DNA of 64,000 bases from Desulfomonilia bacterium (GCA_963664325.2 CAXXDQ010000003.1:160001-224000); one strand, 5' to 3'. Shown: positions 18,923-29,815, numbered from the stretch's first letter. Notes: generated by a model from the letters alone, not told the origin. Program-made: numbers and translations.

Positions 18923-20097
18923 TTTCTAACCTCCTGACGGGGTTCCTTTCCCAGGGGACTGATCTTGCGCAAATCGCTTACGACTTCAGCAAGGACATCT
19001 GCCAGCCTGTCCACTTCCTGTTTCGTATTAAACCTGCCGAATGTAAAACGTATGGAGCCGTGCGCCTGCTCATGATCCCCGCCGATACCCATGATGACAT
19101 GGCTGGCCTCAAGTGAGCGGCTGAAGCAGGCGGAGCCGGTGCTTACAGCGAACCCGTGCATGTCAAGATGCAGGGTGACGGATTCGCCTTCCACATAGTG
19201 AAGTGTAATATTGGCGTTTTGGGGAAGCCTTTTAACTTTATGTCCATTAAGGCTCACGTCAGGGATTTCGGCCAGCACACGGTTGATTAGATGATCGCGG
19301 AGCTTTATGAAGCCTGCGTTTTCTTCCGGCTTGACAAGCTCCACAGCCTTGGCGAATCCGACAGCCCCGGGAATGTCCTCGAGCCCGGCCCTCAGGTTGA
19401 ATTCCTGGAAACCGCCGTCCATCCACTTTGAAAGAGGAGTTCCCTTCCTGATGTATAATCCCCCGACACCCTTTGGTCCGTGGATTGTATGGGCGGAAAC
19501 CGTTATCATATCCGCAGGAGAGTCGCGCACATCCAGATTAACGCGGGTGAAAGTGTGGGTCGCGTCCGTATGAAAGAGCACATGCTTCTGCCTGCATAAC
19601 CTTGCGATCGCCTCGATATCCTGAATGGTCCCTATTTCCTGGTTTGCGTGCTGTATGGTGACCAGGATTGTCTTGTCGGTGATGGCCTGGGAGAGCTCGT
19701 TGAGGTCGATAAGCCCGTCTTTACCTGCGCCGAGGTAGGTCGCCTTAAACCCCTGTTTCTCGAGCGCCTTCACACTGTTGAGAACAGGGAAATCTTCTAT
19801 CTTCGTTGTGATTATATGGCTCCCTTTCTTTGATTCCGGTCCCGACGCAATCCCCTTGATCGCCATATTGCTTGATTCTGTGGAACCTGACGTAAAGATG
19901 AATTCATCCGCAGCAGCGCCCAGAACACCGGCAATTGATTTTCGCGCTGCTTCCAGGGCCTCCTTGGCTTCTATGCCAAGCGAATACCCAAACTCGGAAG
20001 TGGCGACGGAATATACGTCAAAAAAGTATGGGGTCATGGCCTCGAGCACACGCTCATCAAGCCTTGTGGCTGCCGAGTTATCAAAATAGGATGACAT
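18919..20097 (-). CDS. IscS-like cysteine desulfurase homologue lacking the PLP Schiff-base lysine
   Basis: FTSGSTES, EIG, GPKG, VEGES, STGSAC and SIRF motifs; the canonical SxHK reads SAHT. Confidence 0.9.
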   Translation of the reverse strand: MSSYFDNSAATRLDERVLEAMTPYFFDVYSVATSEFGYSLGIEAKEALEAARKSIAGVLGAAADEFIFTSGSTESSNMAIKGIASGPESKKGSHIITTKIEDFPVLNSVKALEKQGFKATYLGAGKDGLIDLNELSQAITDKTILVTIQHANQEIGTIQDIEAIARLCRQKHVLFHTDATHTFTRVNLDVRDSPADMITVSAHTIHGPKGVGGLYIRKGTPLSKWMDGGFQEFNLRAGLEDIPGAVGFAKAVELVKPEENAGFIKLRDHLINRVLAEIPDVSLNGHKVKRLPQNANITLHYVEGESVTLHLDMHGFAVSTGSACFSRSLEASHVIMGIGGDHEQAHGSIRFTFGRFNTKQEVDRLADVLAEVVSDLRKISPLGKEPRQEVRK

Positions 20098-20118
20098 GTT
20101 TTCTTCCTTGATAAATGA

Positions 20119-20538
20119 TCAGATGAAAAGGTTGATGGCCGAGTTCCGGGCCTCATCGATATAGGTTCCGACAGCGCCGTATTCATCGATGATACCCTTG
20201 ATCAGGCTTTCCTTCTTTATCCCCATGATATCCATGGTCATCTGGCATGCTATGATCCTGCCCCCCAGTTCCTTGAAATCATCAAGAAGGCGCCTGAGAG
20301 AGGCCATGTTTACCGCCTTCATGCGGCGTTTGATAAGCCATCTGCCAAGCCCGCCGAAATTCATTTTTGAAAGCGGGCCCTTCTCAAGGCCTTTATCAAC
20401 AAGCCTCTCAAGGCCCCAGAATGTAAAATAGATTGTAGCTTCCATTCCCATGGCCAAAGCGCCGTTTGCAATAATAAGCGCGCTGTAAAATTTATCCATA
20501 TCGCCGCTGTGCAGGATGATTGTTGTTTTTTCCGTCAT
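20119..20538 (-). CDS. DsrE/DsrF/DrsH-like (DsrE2-type) sulfur carrier
   Basis: ATG 20538 after GGAGG; YFTFWGL, IACQMTMDIMG and terminal LFI motifs. Confidence 0.9.
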   Translation of the reverse strand: MTEKTTIILHSGDMDKFYSALIIANGALAMGMEATIYFTFWGLERLVDKGLEKGPLSKMNFGGLGRWLIKRRMKAVNMASLRRLLDDFKELGGRIIACQMTMDIMGIKKESLIKGIIDEYGAVGTYIDEARNSAINLFI

Positions 20539-20551
20539 GACACTGCCTCCA

Positions 20552-20773
20552 TCACCTGCGGATCCTGATCTTCCAGACGCCGCCGTCTTCCTCGACATCT
20601 AAAAGCTCCAGACCCAGGGCCTTAACCGCCATCGGTATCTCTTTTTTCGATGCCGGGTGTGTTCCGACAGCCTCTATAATATCTCCCGGAGAGGCCTTGC
20701 GCAGCGCTTTGCGTACCTCGACAAGCGGTACTGGACAGGTCTCGCCCTGTACGTCAACTTTAATTTCCGCCAT
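20552..20773 (-). CDS. tusA: TusA/SirA-family sulfur carrier
   Basis: VDVQGETCPVP (CPxP) motif, 73 aa. Confidence 0.9.
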   Translation of the reverse strand: MAEIKVDVQGETCPVPLVEVRKALRKASPGDIIEAVGTHPASKKEIPMAVKALGLELLDVEEDGGVWKIRIRR

Positions 20774-20833
20774 GCTACACCTCACTTTCTCGGGGCTATA
20801 CTGCTATGGATCACTGTTCAGGCAGTATTGCGG

Positions 20834-21301
20834 TTAGTTTATCTGTTCAGCCAGATAGTTCTCTTTACCGACCTGCTCTATCTGCCCCAGTTCCATTTCT
20901 ATGACATCTATGTGGCCCTCTTCGTCTTTGAGTATCGACGCAAACAACTCCCTGCTCCCGTTGTCGCCGACTTCCATGGCGAGTTTTATTGCCTCGTTGT
21001 ATCCCTTCAGGGCGACAATCTCGGATGCCAGGTCGTTGTTGTGCTGGGACTCAACGCCGGCGCCGATATTGATCTTATTCAAATGACTTAAAATCGGCGT
21101 GCCTTCCAGGAATAGGATCCTCTCTATAAGCCTTTCCGCATGCTTCATCTCATCAATGGCACGCTGCCGGTTGATTTTATGGAGTTTTTCATAGCCCCAG
21201 TTGTCGCACATCTCGGCATGAACCATGTACTGGCTGATGGCGGTTAGTTCATCGGCAAGCAGGCTGTTCAGTTTATCGATGATCTTGTCATTTCCCTTCA
21301 T
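20834..21301 (-). CDS. bfr: Bacterioferritin
   Basis: MKG...DELTAISQY...DEMKHA...ERILFLEG...DEEGH; heme-ligand Met present; GGAGG RBS before ATG 21301. Confidence 0.95.
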   Translation of the reverse strand: MKGNDKIIDKLNSLLADELTAISQYMVHAEMCDNWGYEKLHKINRQRAIDEMKHAERLIERILFLEGTPILSHLNKINIGAGVESQHNNDLASEIVALKGYNEAIKLAMEVGDNGSRELFASILKDEEGHIDVIEMELGQIEQVGKENYLAEQIN

Positions 21302-21413
21302 TTCATCCTCCCTGGAATTGATTTTTTGAATACTCTCATGCTGTATCTTGGTGTTAAAACCGTGCAACAGCGTTCCTTTTTAATCCGGATAGGGGAACTG
21401 ACAATAATTCACA

Positions 21414-21452
21414 ATCAGGGATTCCCTTACTTTTGGCTTCTAAAATTCTGAC
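21414..21452 (-). promoter_or_regulatory. Island operator copy 6 (upstream of bfr-tusA-dsrE-iscS-iscU operon)
   Basis: Minus strand: GTCAGAATTTTAGAAGCCAAAA-GTAAGG-GAATC-CCTGAT-TG. Confidence 0.78.
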
Positions 21453-21473
21453 AGCAAATTATTCCTTTACAGC

Positions 21474-21506
21474 TTGACATTTTATTGATGCCCTGTATGC
21501 TATAAA
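21474..21506 (+). promoter_or_regulatory. Probable sigma70 promoter of the two-component operon
   Basis: TTGACA-16 nt-TATGCT, plus an overlapping extended -10 TGcTATAAA. Confidence 0.5.
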
Positions 21507-21556
21507 AACTGTGTTTGTATATCAAATCGGTTCGATTAAAACTTAAACGGCGACAG

Positions 21557-22652
21557 ATGAAGACAATTTTAGAAAATAAATCTATCCCCTGTTTAGATAT
21601 TCCTGAAGACGTTTTAAAACTTTTATCCGTTGTGGATGAAGTTATCTGGATTATGTCAAGCAGTGGAAAAGAATTATATTATGTGAATCCAGCCTTTGAA
21701 CGCCTGTATGGAAAAGAAGTTTCCGGGTTCTATGACAATCCTGATCTCTGGCTTCTTTCCGTTCATCCGGATGACAGGCGTATTGCCGAAGAAAGCATTG
21801 AAGAGCTTCTGTCGTTTCGATATTCAAAGGCGGAATACCGCATCATAAGGCCCGACGGAACCGACAGATGGATCCTTGACAAGAAGCATATCATAAAAAA
21901 AAGGAGAAGATTGCGTGCCTCTGATAGGCTGTATCCTACGCGACATCACAGAGCAGAAGATGGCGAACGACAAGCTTAAGGAACTTCATGAGGACTTGCG
22001 TTCCCAGACATTCAATATGAGCCTGGCCGGGGAGAAGGAGAGAAGGCGGATTGCGACGGAACTTCATGACAATGTGAGCCAGAACCTGGCTTACTGTAAA
22101 ATAAAACTCAAAGAGATCGAAAAAGACGGCAATTATTCCGGGTTGGCCGGTGAACTGAACGAGATCAATATATTGCTGACTGAGGCCATAAAAAATATCA
22201 GGTCACAGACATTCGAGCTCAGCCCCCCCCTTCTTTATGACCTCGGGCTGGAACCGGCAATCGATTGGCTTGGAGAGAATATAATTGCAAAAAGGGGAAT
22301 GAATTTCCGGCTGGACAGTGATGAATATCAAAAACCGATAAGCAATGAATTGAGAGTGCTTTTATTCCAGATCGTTCGGGAACTTCTGAACAATATCGCC
22401 AAACATTCCCAGGCCAGGGAAGTCATGGTATTTATCAGGTATGCAACGGACACTGTCATGATAAGCGTTCAGGATAACGGCATAGGTTTTGAAGAGTCTG
22501 AAATGTCAACAGGGCATCAGCAAAGTCATGGTTATGTAAGCATCAGGGAGCGGCTGAATCATATAGGCGGATTTTTCAGCATTAAATCCAAACAGGGTGC
22601 GGGAACAAAGGTAAACATCGTTGTTCCCATTAATGAGAGGGGAATGATATGA
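21557..22652 (+). pseudogene. Cytoplasmic PAS + HisKA_3 sensor kinase split by a +1 frameshift in an A8 run
   Basis: Removing one A at 21895-21902 joins the PAS half (VHPDDR...YRIIRPDG) through KKGEDCVPLIGCILRDITE to ERRRIATELHD...QDNGIGF. Confidence 0.85.
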
Positions 22653-23296
22653 AGACAAAAATCTTGCTGGCGGATGACCATAAAATAATGAGGGAAGGAC
22701 TCAAGACGATTCTGGAAAAACAGCCGGAATTTGAAGTGACTGGAGAGGCTTCAAACGGTATTGAAGCCATTGATGCGGCAATTGAGAAAAACCCGGATGT
22801 GATTATTATGGATATCAACATGCCCGATTTGAACGGCATTGAAGCGACCTTGAGAATCAAGCATGAAAAGCCTTCGATAAAGATTCTGGCCCTGTCAATG
22901 CATGACGACAGAAAATTTCTAATAAACATGCTGAAGGCAGGGGCTTCAGGCTATCTTCTGAAGGATTGCGCGTCGGATGAATTGATTGACGCCATTAGGG
23001 TTATCAGGAAAAACCGTTTGTTCATAAGCCCTGACCTTGTTGATGACATGGTAAGAGACTTTGTAATGTCGGCCCAGATTTCCGACCTGTCGGTGTTTTC
23101 AATACTCACCAAACGGGAACGCGATGTTCTGCAGAGAATCTCGGAGGGAAGGTCAACAAAAGAAATTGCATTTGATCTCAACGTTAGCGTCAAGACCGTG
23201 GAGACATTCCGTTACAAGATCGAAGACAAAACAGGTCTGCACAGCATTGCGGAACTGACAAAATATGCAATCCGCGAAGGGATTACAACCTTGTAA
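22649..23296 (+). CDS. NarL/FixJ-family response regulator (REC + LuxR HTH)
   Basis: LADDH, MDINMP, GYLLK and LTKRE...STKEIA...SVKTVET motifs. Confidence 0.95.
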   Translation: MKTKILLADDHKIMREGLKTILEKQPEFEVTGEASNGIEAIDAAIEKNPDVIIMDINMPDLNGIEATLRIKHEKPSIKILALSMHDDRKFLINMLKAGASGYLLKDCASDELIDAIRVIRKNRLFISPDLVDDMVRDFVMSAQISDLSVFSILTKRERDVLQRISEGRSTKEIAFDLNVSVKTVETFRYKIEDKTGLHSIAELTKYAIREGITTL

Positions 23297-23315
23297 AATG
23301 TTCCCCGGGAGATTG

Positions 23316-23777
23316 CTATTTGACCATCAGGACCTGCGAAGTTGCATTTCTTAAAACCCTCTCGGCCACGCCTCCCATCATGTGCTTGATAAAACCCGTC
23401 TTTCCGTGGGATCCGATGATTATGAGGTCAATGTCTTTATTCTGTTGTTCTTTAATTATTTCTTCATAAGGGTTTCCCTTTTTTATGTCATATTCGATTT
23501 CTACGGCATGGTCCTGAGAAAAATTTCTCACTTCATTCTTCATCAGCTCCCTTGAATTGATGACGCTGTCGGTATTGTATTTTTCCATCATTTCAACCGG
23601 GATGCAGTAATCGACTGCGCACTGCTGGACCGTATTATCGATGACATGAAGCAGATAGACCTTTGAATTGTATTTTTCCGCAATATCAGAGGCAACACTT
23701 AAGGCGATATCTGAATGTTTAGAGAAATCCGTCGGCACGAGAATCTTCTTTGGTTTAAACATACTCTTCTCCTTCAT
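23316..23777 (-). CDS. Universal stress protein
   Basis: ILVPTDFS, LLHV and DLIIIGSHG...GGVAERV motifs. Confidence 0.93.
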   Translation of the reverse strand: MKEKSMFKPKKILVPTDFSKHSDIALSVASDIAEKYNSKVYLLHVIDNTVQQCAVDYCIPVEMMEKYNTDSVINSRELMKNEVRNFSQDHAVEIEYDIKKGNPYEEIIKEQQNKDIDLIIIGSHGKTGFIKHMMGGVAERVLRNATSQVLMVK

Positions 23778-23832
23778 TCATTTTATTTTTAATTTAATGA
23801 GTTATATAGATATTGAAACCTCAGGCTTCACA

Positions 23833-23871
23833 ATCAGGCATAGCCTGATATCGGGCTTCCAAATACCTTAA
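23833..23871 (-). promoter_or_regulatory. Island operator copy 7 (upstream of usp)
   Basis: Minus strand: TTAAGGTATTTGGAAGCCCGAT-ATCAGG-CTATG-CCTGAT-TG (perfect palindrome). Confidence 0.82.
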
Positions 23872-23980
23872 TGATTATTTTCAAAAAAATAAAAAAACCG
23901 ATTTGTTGTGTTTAGTGTTAACTCTGCTGAATAAGTATTTACCTGAACGGACTGGGCGGCAGGTGCCGCAATTTAAGCAA

Positions 23981-24019
23981 ATAAGGTTTTTCGAATGCGG
24001 ATTTCAGGTATGCCCCTAT
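23981..24019 (+). promoter_or_regulatory. Island operator copy 8 (upstream of msrB-msrA)
   Basis: ATAAGGTTTTTCGAATGCGGAT-TTCAGG-TATGC-CCCTAT-AG; a further palindrome-like ATAAGT-ATTTA-CCTGAA lies at 23931-23947. Confidence 0.7.
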
Positions 24020-24100
24020 AGTCAAAAACCGCTGATTTTTTTAAACAGTATCAGGAGCCACAAATAAAAATGGTGAATCGAAAGTATAAAGGAGCCTTAT

Positions 24101-24691
24101 ATGAAGGTGCTTTTACCGGCATTAACCTTGATGACAATAATCTTGTTTTTTGGAAATCCCGCCGCTGCCGAACAAAAGGAGATTAAAATGAGCGGTAATA
24201 ACAGTATGACCAAGACATCCGGGATGATGAATTCCGGCTGGAAGAATTTCAAGAAACCCGATAATGCGGTTCTGAAAAAAATGCTTACCCCGATGCAATA
24301 CAACGTGACGCAAAATCAAGGGACTGAACCCGCCTTCAAAAACGAATACTGGGACAATAAGAAGGAAGGCATCTATGTCGATATAGTCTCAGGCGAGCCT
24401 CTTTTCAGCTCCAGGGACAAATATGATTCGGGCACCGGCTGGCCCAGTTTCACAAGGCCTCTGGAGCCGGACAACATCGTTACCAGGAAGGACAGAAGCC
24501 TTTTTTCGGTCCGAACCGAGGTCAGAAGCAGGCACGGCGATTCGCATCTCGGGCATGTATTCAATGACGGTCCGCCGCCCACAGGGCTTAGATATTGTAT
24601 GAATTCGGCATCCCTGATGTTTATCCCGAGAGAAGACCTCGAAAAAAAAGGCTATGGTGAATACAATAAAAACTTCACCCACCAGAGATGA
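24101..24691 (+). CDS. msrB: Peptide-methionine (R)-S-oxide reductase, with signal peptide
   Basis: [21 protein letters not shown] and RYCMNS motifs; N-terminal hydrophobic leader. Confidence 0.95.
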   Translation: MKVLLPALTLMTIILFFGNPAAAEQKEIKMSGNNSMTKTSGMMNSGWKNFKKPDNAVLKKMLTPMQYNVTQNQGTEPAFKNEYWDNKKEGIYVDIVSGEPLFSSRDKYDSGTGWPSFTRPLEPDNIVTRKDRSLFSVRTEVRSRHGDSHLGHVFNDGPPPTGLRYCMNSASLMFIPREDLEKKGYGEYNKNFTHQR

Positions 24692-24711
24692 TTCTTTACA
24701 AAGGAGCTGTC

Positions 24712-25335
24712 ATGAACCTGCGACTGGCAACATTAATACTGACAACCGGTCTCATGTTGATTTCCATGAATGCCCAGGCCTCTGATGTTTATAAGTCGTC
24801 AGCCAGGCCTCATTTTGAAAAGGCCACTTTTGCGGGCGGATGTTTCTGGTGCATGGAAGCGGAGTTTGAAGGGCTTGTTGGAGTAATATCCGTAGTTTCC
24901 GGCTATACGGGAGGCAATAAGATTAACCCGACCTATGAGGAGGTCTCTTCAGGTTCCACGGGCCATGCGGAGTCTGTAGAAATCACTTTCGATCCCTCGA
25001 AAATCAGCTACGCGAAACTGCTGGATGTTTTCTGGCATAATGTTGACCCGACTGTTAAGGACAGGCAGTTCTGTGATATTGGCAACCAGTACCGTACTGC
25101 GATCTTCTATCATGACGGTGAACAGAAGCGACTTGCTGAAATGTCCAGGGACAACCTCATCACTACCGGGCGGATCAAGCCTCCGGTTTACACCGAAATC
25201 GTTCCTGCGGGTGTTTTCTACCGGGCTGAAGAATATCATCAGGACTATTACAAAAAGAATCCCCTGCGCTACAGATTTTACCGCTACAACTGCGGCCGTG
25301 ACAAGCGTCTGAAAGAAATATGGGGAAAAGAATAG
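24712..25335 (+). CDS. msrA: Peptide-methionine (S)-S-oxide reductase, with signal peptide
   Basis: FAGGCFWC, SGYTGG, TGHAE and AEEYHQDYY motifs; AAGGAG RBS before ATG 24712. Confidence 0.95.
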   Translation: MNLRLATLILTTGLMLISMNAQASDVYKSSARPHFEKATFAGGCFWCMEAEFEGLVGVISVVSGYTGGNKINPTYEEVSSGSTGHAESVEITFDPSKISYAKLLDVFWHNVDPTVKDRQFCDIGNQYRTAIFYHDGEQKRLAEMSRDNLITTGRIKPPVYTEIVPAGVFYRAEEYHQDYYKKNPLRYRFYRYNCGRDKRLKEIWGKE

Positions 25336-25534
25336 GTCTGGTTTGTAAACGGGCTTCAGGGGTGTGTGCATTCAATTCAACAGAACTGTCTGGCTATAGT
25401 CTTATTGAATATTTACCATTCCGGATTAATATTCCATTATACTTCCGAATTGATATTTACTTCGATTTTTTAGTATGCTGACCTGCTGAAGGTGGTCACT
25501 GAATAGGCTCGATATAATGGATATTTAAAGGATA

Positions 25535-28500
25535 ATGCCAATGAAGAAAAAGACAAACCGCTCATTGTCCGAGAGGACATCAGATAACGGCCCGGCAATG
25601 AATCCTGTAAAAACCGCTGAAACTGAAAAAAAATCATCAGGCCGGGCCCTGGCAGGTAAGAATTCATTAAAAGAAGGGTTTGAGAACCCTGTCTGCCGTC
25701 AGGGTACAGAGTATGACATAAATGAGCACGTGAAAAGAGAGGAAGAGCTTGAAAGGCTTAACCGGACGCTCAAGGCCCTCAGCGACAGCAGCAAGGCATT
25801 AATGCGGGTAACGGAAGAATCGGAATATCTCAAGGAAGTCTGCAAGATAATTATTGAGGACTGCGGTCACAAAATGGTGTGGATAGGTTATGCCGAAGAT
25901 GATGAATACAAGTCTGTAAGACCTGTTGCATATGCCGGATTCGAAGAGGGCTATCTGGAAACACTGAATATCTCATGGGCGGACACGGAGCGCGGGAACG
26001 GTCCGACGGGAAGGGCCATCCGTACAGGAACAATCAACACATGCAGGAACATGCTGAATGATCCCCTATTTGAACCATGGCGGGAGGATGCAATAAGACG
26101 GGGGTATGCTTCCTCTATAGTCTTTCCGTTAAAAGAAGGAACAAAGAGCTTTGGCGCTATATCCATATATTCGCCTCAGCCGGACCCGTTCTCGGAAGAT
26201 GAGATAAAACTGCTGACGGAACTTGCGGATAACCTTTCCTACGGGATCATATCCGTAAGGCTGCGTAATGCGCATATGGAGGCGGAAAAAGCCTTGCGTG
26301 AGAGCGAAGAACGTTTCAAGGCCATCACTTCCAGCTCCCCTGACCACCTGTTAATGCAGAACAATAAACTGGAATATACGTTTATTAAAAATCCCCAGCT
26401 GGGTCTTACTGAAAAGGACATGATCGGAAAGACCGATTACGACTTTTTATCAAAGGAAGATGCCGACAAAATTACAAAGATTAAAAAGCAGGTTTTAAAA
26501 ACAGGCAGGCCATCACATCTGGAGACATTTCTTATCTCTCCTCAGGGCCACAAGGAGTATTTTGACGGCACATATGTTCCTAAGTTTAATAGTACAGGCC
26601 AGATCGACGGTCTGATAGGGTATTTCAAGAATATTACCGAACGCAAACAAATAGAAGAGGCGTTATTCAAAAGTGAAGAGCAATACCGGACCCTTTTCAA
26701 TTCCATGACGGAAGGATTTGCTCTGCATGAGATAATTTACGATGAAAAAGGCGAGCCGGTAAATTATTGCTTTCTGGAGATAAATCCTTCCTTCGAAATG
26801 CTCACGGGCCTTAAGAAAGAGGATGTTCTCGGCAGGCTCATGACTGAAGTGCTTCCTGATGAAGACCCGCAATGGATAAAGATTTATGGTGATGTGGCCA
26901 TTACAGGCAATCCTATACATTTCGAGCATTTTTCTCAGGCTCTCAAACGACAGTTCGAAGTTTTTTCATATTGCCCGTCACCGGGACGTTTTGCAGTATT
27001 GTTTATTGACATCACTGAACGCAAAAAAGCCGAAGAGGAGCTGGACATTCATCGGAGCCGCCTTGAAGAACTGATAAAGATAAGGACGGCAGAACTTGAG
27101 ATAAGGAACAAACAGCTCGAGAACGAAATCAATGAACGCGTTAAGTCGCAAGCGGCCCTGAAAGAAGCCGGCGAATACAACCGCTCGCTTATTGAAGCAA
27201 GCCTTGACCCCCTTGTCACGATCGGTGCCGACGGAAAGATAATGGATGTTAATCATTCCACGGAACAGGTCACGGGTCTATCAAGGGAAGAACTCATAGG
27301 AACTGACTTTTCGGACTATTTCACGGAACCGGACAAGGCGCGTGCAGGTTATGAAAAGGTTTTTATGGAAAGTGCTGTTTATGACTATCCCCTTGAGATC
27401 CGGCATATTGGGGGCCATGCGACACCAGTCTTATACAATGCATCGGTTTACAGAAACAAAGCGGGTGAAGTAGTCGGTGCATTCGCAGCAGCACGCGATA
27501 TCACGGAACTCAAAAAAGCGCAGGAGATGCTTCTGAGTATCAATGAAGAGCTGGAACACAGGGTGCTGCTCCGGACTGCCGAACTGGAGGCCTCAAACTA
27601 TAGACTCAGGAATGAAATAATCGAACGCAAACAGGCTCAGGAAAATTTTCAGAAATCCGCAAAACAATGGAAGACGACATTTGACGCTGTTAATGACGTT
27701 ATCTGGCTTTTGGACAATGACTACAGGATCATTCGCTGCAACAGCGCAACGGAAAAATATTTCGGGAAAGATATCATGGACATTCTTGGCAGCTACTGCT
27801 GGGAAATCGCCCATGGAGCATCCGAACCGATATGCGATTGTCCCTATATGCAGTTGAAGCAGGGAATGGGAAGGACAACATGCGAGCTTCAGTCGGGCCA
27901 GCGCTGGCTTGAGGTGAGTGTCGATCCGATTTATGACGATGAAGGCAATATGAACGGAGCGGTCCATATCATCCGGGATATAACCAATCGCAAACATGAA
28001 GAGATAAAAAGAAATAAACTGAAGGAGCAGCTTCGCCAGTCACAGAAAGTGGAAAGTCTCGACCTGATAGCCGGCGGCATAGCGCACGAATTTAACAACC
28101 TGCTCCAGAACATCATTGGCAATCAGGAGCTTGCGCTTTGGGGAATGAGGGAAAGCTCCGCAGAAAAAGAATACATAAAGACAGCATCCAAAGCGGCACA
28201 ATATGCGGCAGGCCTGACATCACAGATGCTTGCGTACTCGGGAAGGGGACACTTTGTTCTGGAGCAGGTTGATCTCAATCAGATAATCATGGATATGGAT
28301 CAGGTTCTAAAGAGCTTGATAAGCAACGAAACCGCATTGTCTTACCGGCTTGAAAACGATCTGCCGATGATTAATGCCGATAAAATACAGGTAAGGCAGA
28401 TGATTCAGAATCTTGTTGTAAACGCATCTGAGGCAATCGGAGCCTCTGCCGGCCGGATTTTAGTGTCTACAGGCACTGCCCAGTGCCGGAGTGAAGAACT

Positions 28501-29197
28501 TGAAACACAATGGATGATCGGGCAATTGCCCGACGGCCTTTACGTATATCTCGAAGTATCTGATACAGGCTGCGGCATGGATGATGAAATTCTTGACAGG
28601 ATCTTCGACCCGTTTTTTTCCACTAAAAATATCGGCCGCGGTCTTGGCCTTGCTGCGGTTCATGGAATTATACAGGGACACAGGTGTTCGGTTCAGGTCA
28701 ACAGCAAGCCCGGCTCCGGCACAGTATTCAGGGTCCTGTTTCCGGTTAGTGGAAACAAAGAAATTATCGAGATAAAAGGTGTTGCAGAGAAGCCCGCAGC
28801 AGGCAGTAACAAAGTCATATTATTTGTTGATGATGAGGAAGAGCTTGTCAATATCGGAACTGCGGCCCTTGAGATGGCAGGCTACAAGGTCTTGACCGCC
28901 TCGAACGGCAAAGAAGCTCTCGAAATATTTACCGCCAATCTCAATACCGCAAAAGCGGAAGACAGGATAGCCTGCATCATCCTGGATTATATTATGCCCC
29001 GCATGGACGGGGAGGAAGCCATGCGGGAATTCAGGAAAATTGCTCCCGCGATACCTGTTATTCTCACAAGCGGCTACGGGGAAGATTTCGTGTTCCGGCA
29101 TTTTAATCAAAATGATCTTGCAGGTTTTGTAAAAAAACCATATTCCTTGAATACATTAACTGGATTATTGAAAAAAACGCTTTGCATTGATGACTAA
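25535..29197 (+). CDS. Hybrid sensor histidine kinase (GAF, multiple PAS, HisKA, HATPase, REC)
   Basis: GAF region, repeated DITERK-type PAC ends, [13 protein letters not shown]-box, [18 protein letters not shown] and a C-terminal VDDE...LDYIMP...KP receiver. Confidence 0.93.
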   Translation: MPMKKKTNRSLSERTSDNGPAMNPVKTAETEKKSSGRALAGKNSLKEGFENPVCRQGTEYDINEHVKREEELERLNRTLKALSDSSKALMRVTEESEYLKEVCKIIIEDCGHKMVWIGYAEDDEYKSVRPVAYAGFEEGYLETLNISWADTERGNGPTGRAIRTGTINTCRNMLNDPLFEPWREDAIRRGYASSIVFPLKEGTKSFGAISIYSPQPDPFSEDEIKLLTELADNLSYGIISVRLRNAHMEAEKALRESEERFKAITSSSPDHLLMQNNKLEYTFIKNPQLGLTEKDMIGKTDYDFLSKEDADKITKIKKQVLKTGRPSHLETFLISPQGHKEYFDGTYVPKFNSTGQIDGLIGYFKNITERKQIEEALFKSEEQYRTLFNSMTEGFALHEIIYDEKGEPVNYCFLEINPSFEMLTGLKKEDVLGRLMTEVLPDEDPQWIKIYGDVAITGNPIHFEHFSQALKRQFEVFSYCPSPGRFAVLFIDITERKKAEEELDIHRSRLEELIKIRTAELEIRNKQLENEINERVKSQAALKEAGEYNRSLIEASLDPLVTIGADGKIMDVNHSTEQVTGLSREELIGTDFSDYFTEPDKARAGYEKVFMESAVYDYPLEIRHIGGHATPVLYNASVYRNKAGEVVGAFAAARDITELKKAQEMLLSINEELEHRVLLRTAELEASNYRLRNEIIERKQAQENFQKSAKQWKTTFDAVNDVIWLLDNDYRIIRCNSATEKYFGKDIMDILGSYCWEIAHGASEPICDCPYMQLKQGMGRTTCELQSGQRWLEVSVDPIYDDEGNMNGAVHIIRDITNRKHEEIKRNKLKEQLRQSQKVESLDLIAGGIAHEFNNLLQNIIGNQELALWGMRESSAEKEYIKTASKAAQYAAGLTSQMLAYSGRGHFVLEQVDLNQIIMDMDQVLKSLISNETALSYRLENDLPMINADKIQVRQMIQNLVVNASEAIGASAGRILVSTGTAQCRSEELETQWMIGQLPDGLYVYLEVSDTGCGMDDEILDRIFDPFFSTKNIGRGLGLAAVHGIIQGHRCSVQVNSKPGSGTVFRVLFPVSGNKEIIEIKGVAEKPAAGSNKVILFVDDEEELVNIGTAALEMAGYKVLTASNGKEALEIFTANLNTAKAEDRIACIILDYIMPRMDGEEAMREFRKIAPAIPVILTSGYGEDFVFRHFNQNDLAGFVKKPYSLNTLTGLLKKTLCIDD

Positions 29198-29228
29198 CTT
29201 TCAGCAAAACAATAAAGTAATAAATGTA

Positions 29229-29267
29229 GTAAGGTATTTGGAGGCTCATAATAAGGATTACCCTGAT
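29229..29267 (+). promoter_or_regulatory. Island operator copy 9 (upstream of EF-hand gene)
   Basis: GTAAGGTATTTGGAGGCTCATA-ATAAGG-ATTAC-CCTGAT. Confidence 0.8.
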
Positions 29268-29313
29268 ATAAAAAAAGATATATTAAAACTATCTATCGCT
29301 AAGGAGGTAACAT

Positions 29314-29793
29314 ATGAAAAATCAAATTATAACCGGACTCTGTTTCATTTTCGTTATACTGCTTACTGTCCCTTCATTCGCGGCAACCCAAAAAATACAG
29401 CCTGATATTCCGCAGTCGGTATTTCAAGCACTGAAATCTCAAAATATAAGCGCATCCGAGTTAAAGGCGCAAAGGCAGAGCATATTCGACAAGATGGATG
29501 TGGAGAAGGACGGCAAAATCAGCAAAGACGAATTCATGCTTTATGAGAAGAGTATTTTCGCGGGGCTTGACAAGAAGAAAGATGATGCCCTTACTCCCGA
29601 TGAGGTAAATAAAACCTGCCAGGTTTACTTTGTATGCCTTGATGCGAACAAGGACAACAAGGTCACGCTGCAGGAATTTGAGGCCAAGCTGGATGAGACG
29701 TTCAAGCTTATGGACGGAAAGGACAAGGACGGTTATATTACCAGTAAAGAATATTTCTCTTACTGGAAGGCCAAGGATAAGGCCGACAGATAA
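29314..29793 (+). CDS. Exported EF-hand calcium-binding protein
   Basis: Signal peptide; four EF-hand-like loops (DVEKDGKISKDE, DKKKDDALTPDE, DANKDNKVTLQE, DGKDKDGYITSKE); TAAGGAGG RBS. Confidence 0.88.
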   Translation: MKNQIITGLCFIFVILLTVPSFAATQKIQPDIPQSVFQALKSQNISASELKAQRQSIFDKMDVEKDGKISKDEFMLYEKSIFAGLDKKKDDALTPDEVNKTCQVYFVCLDANKDNKVTLQEFEAKLDETFKLMDGKDKDGYITSKEYFSYWKAKDKADR

Positions 29794-29815
29794 AGCTTAT
29801 ACAACAGGCTTAAAT

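Noticed and set aside
25405-25470. Weak direct repeats (ATATTTAC...TTCCG) upstream of the hybrid kinase
   Set aside because: Low-complexity AT-rich sequence with inconsistent spacing.
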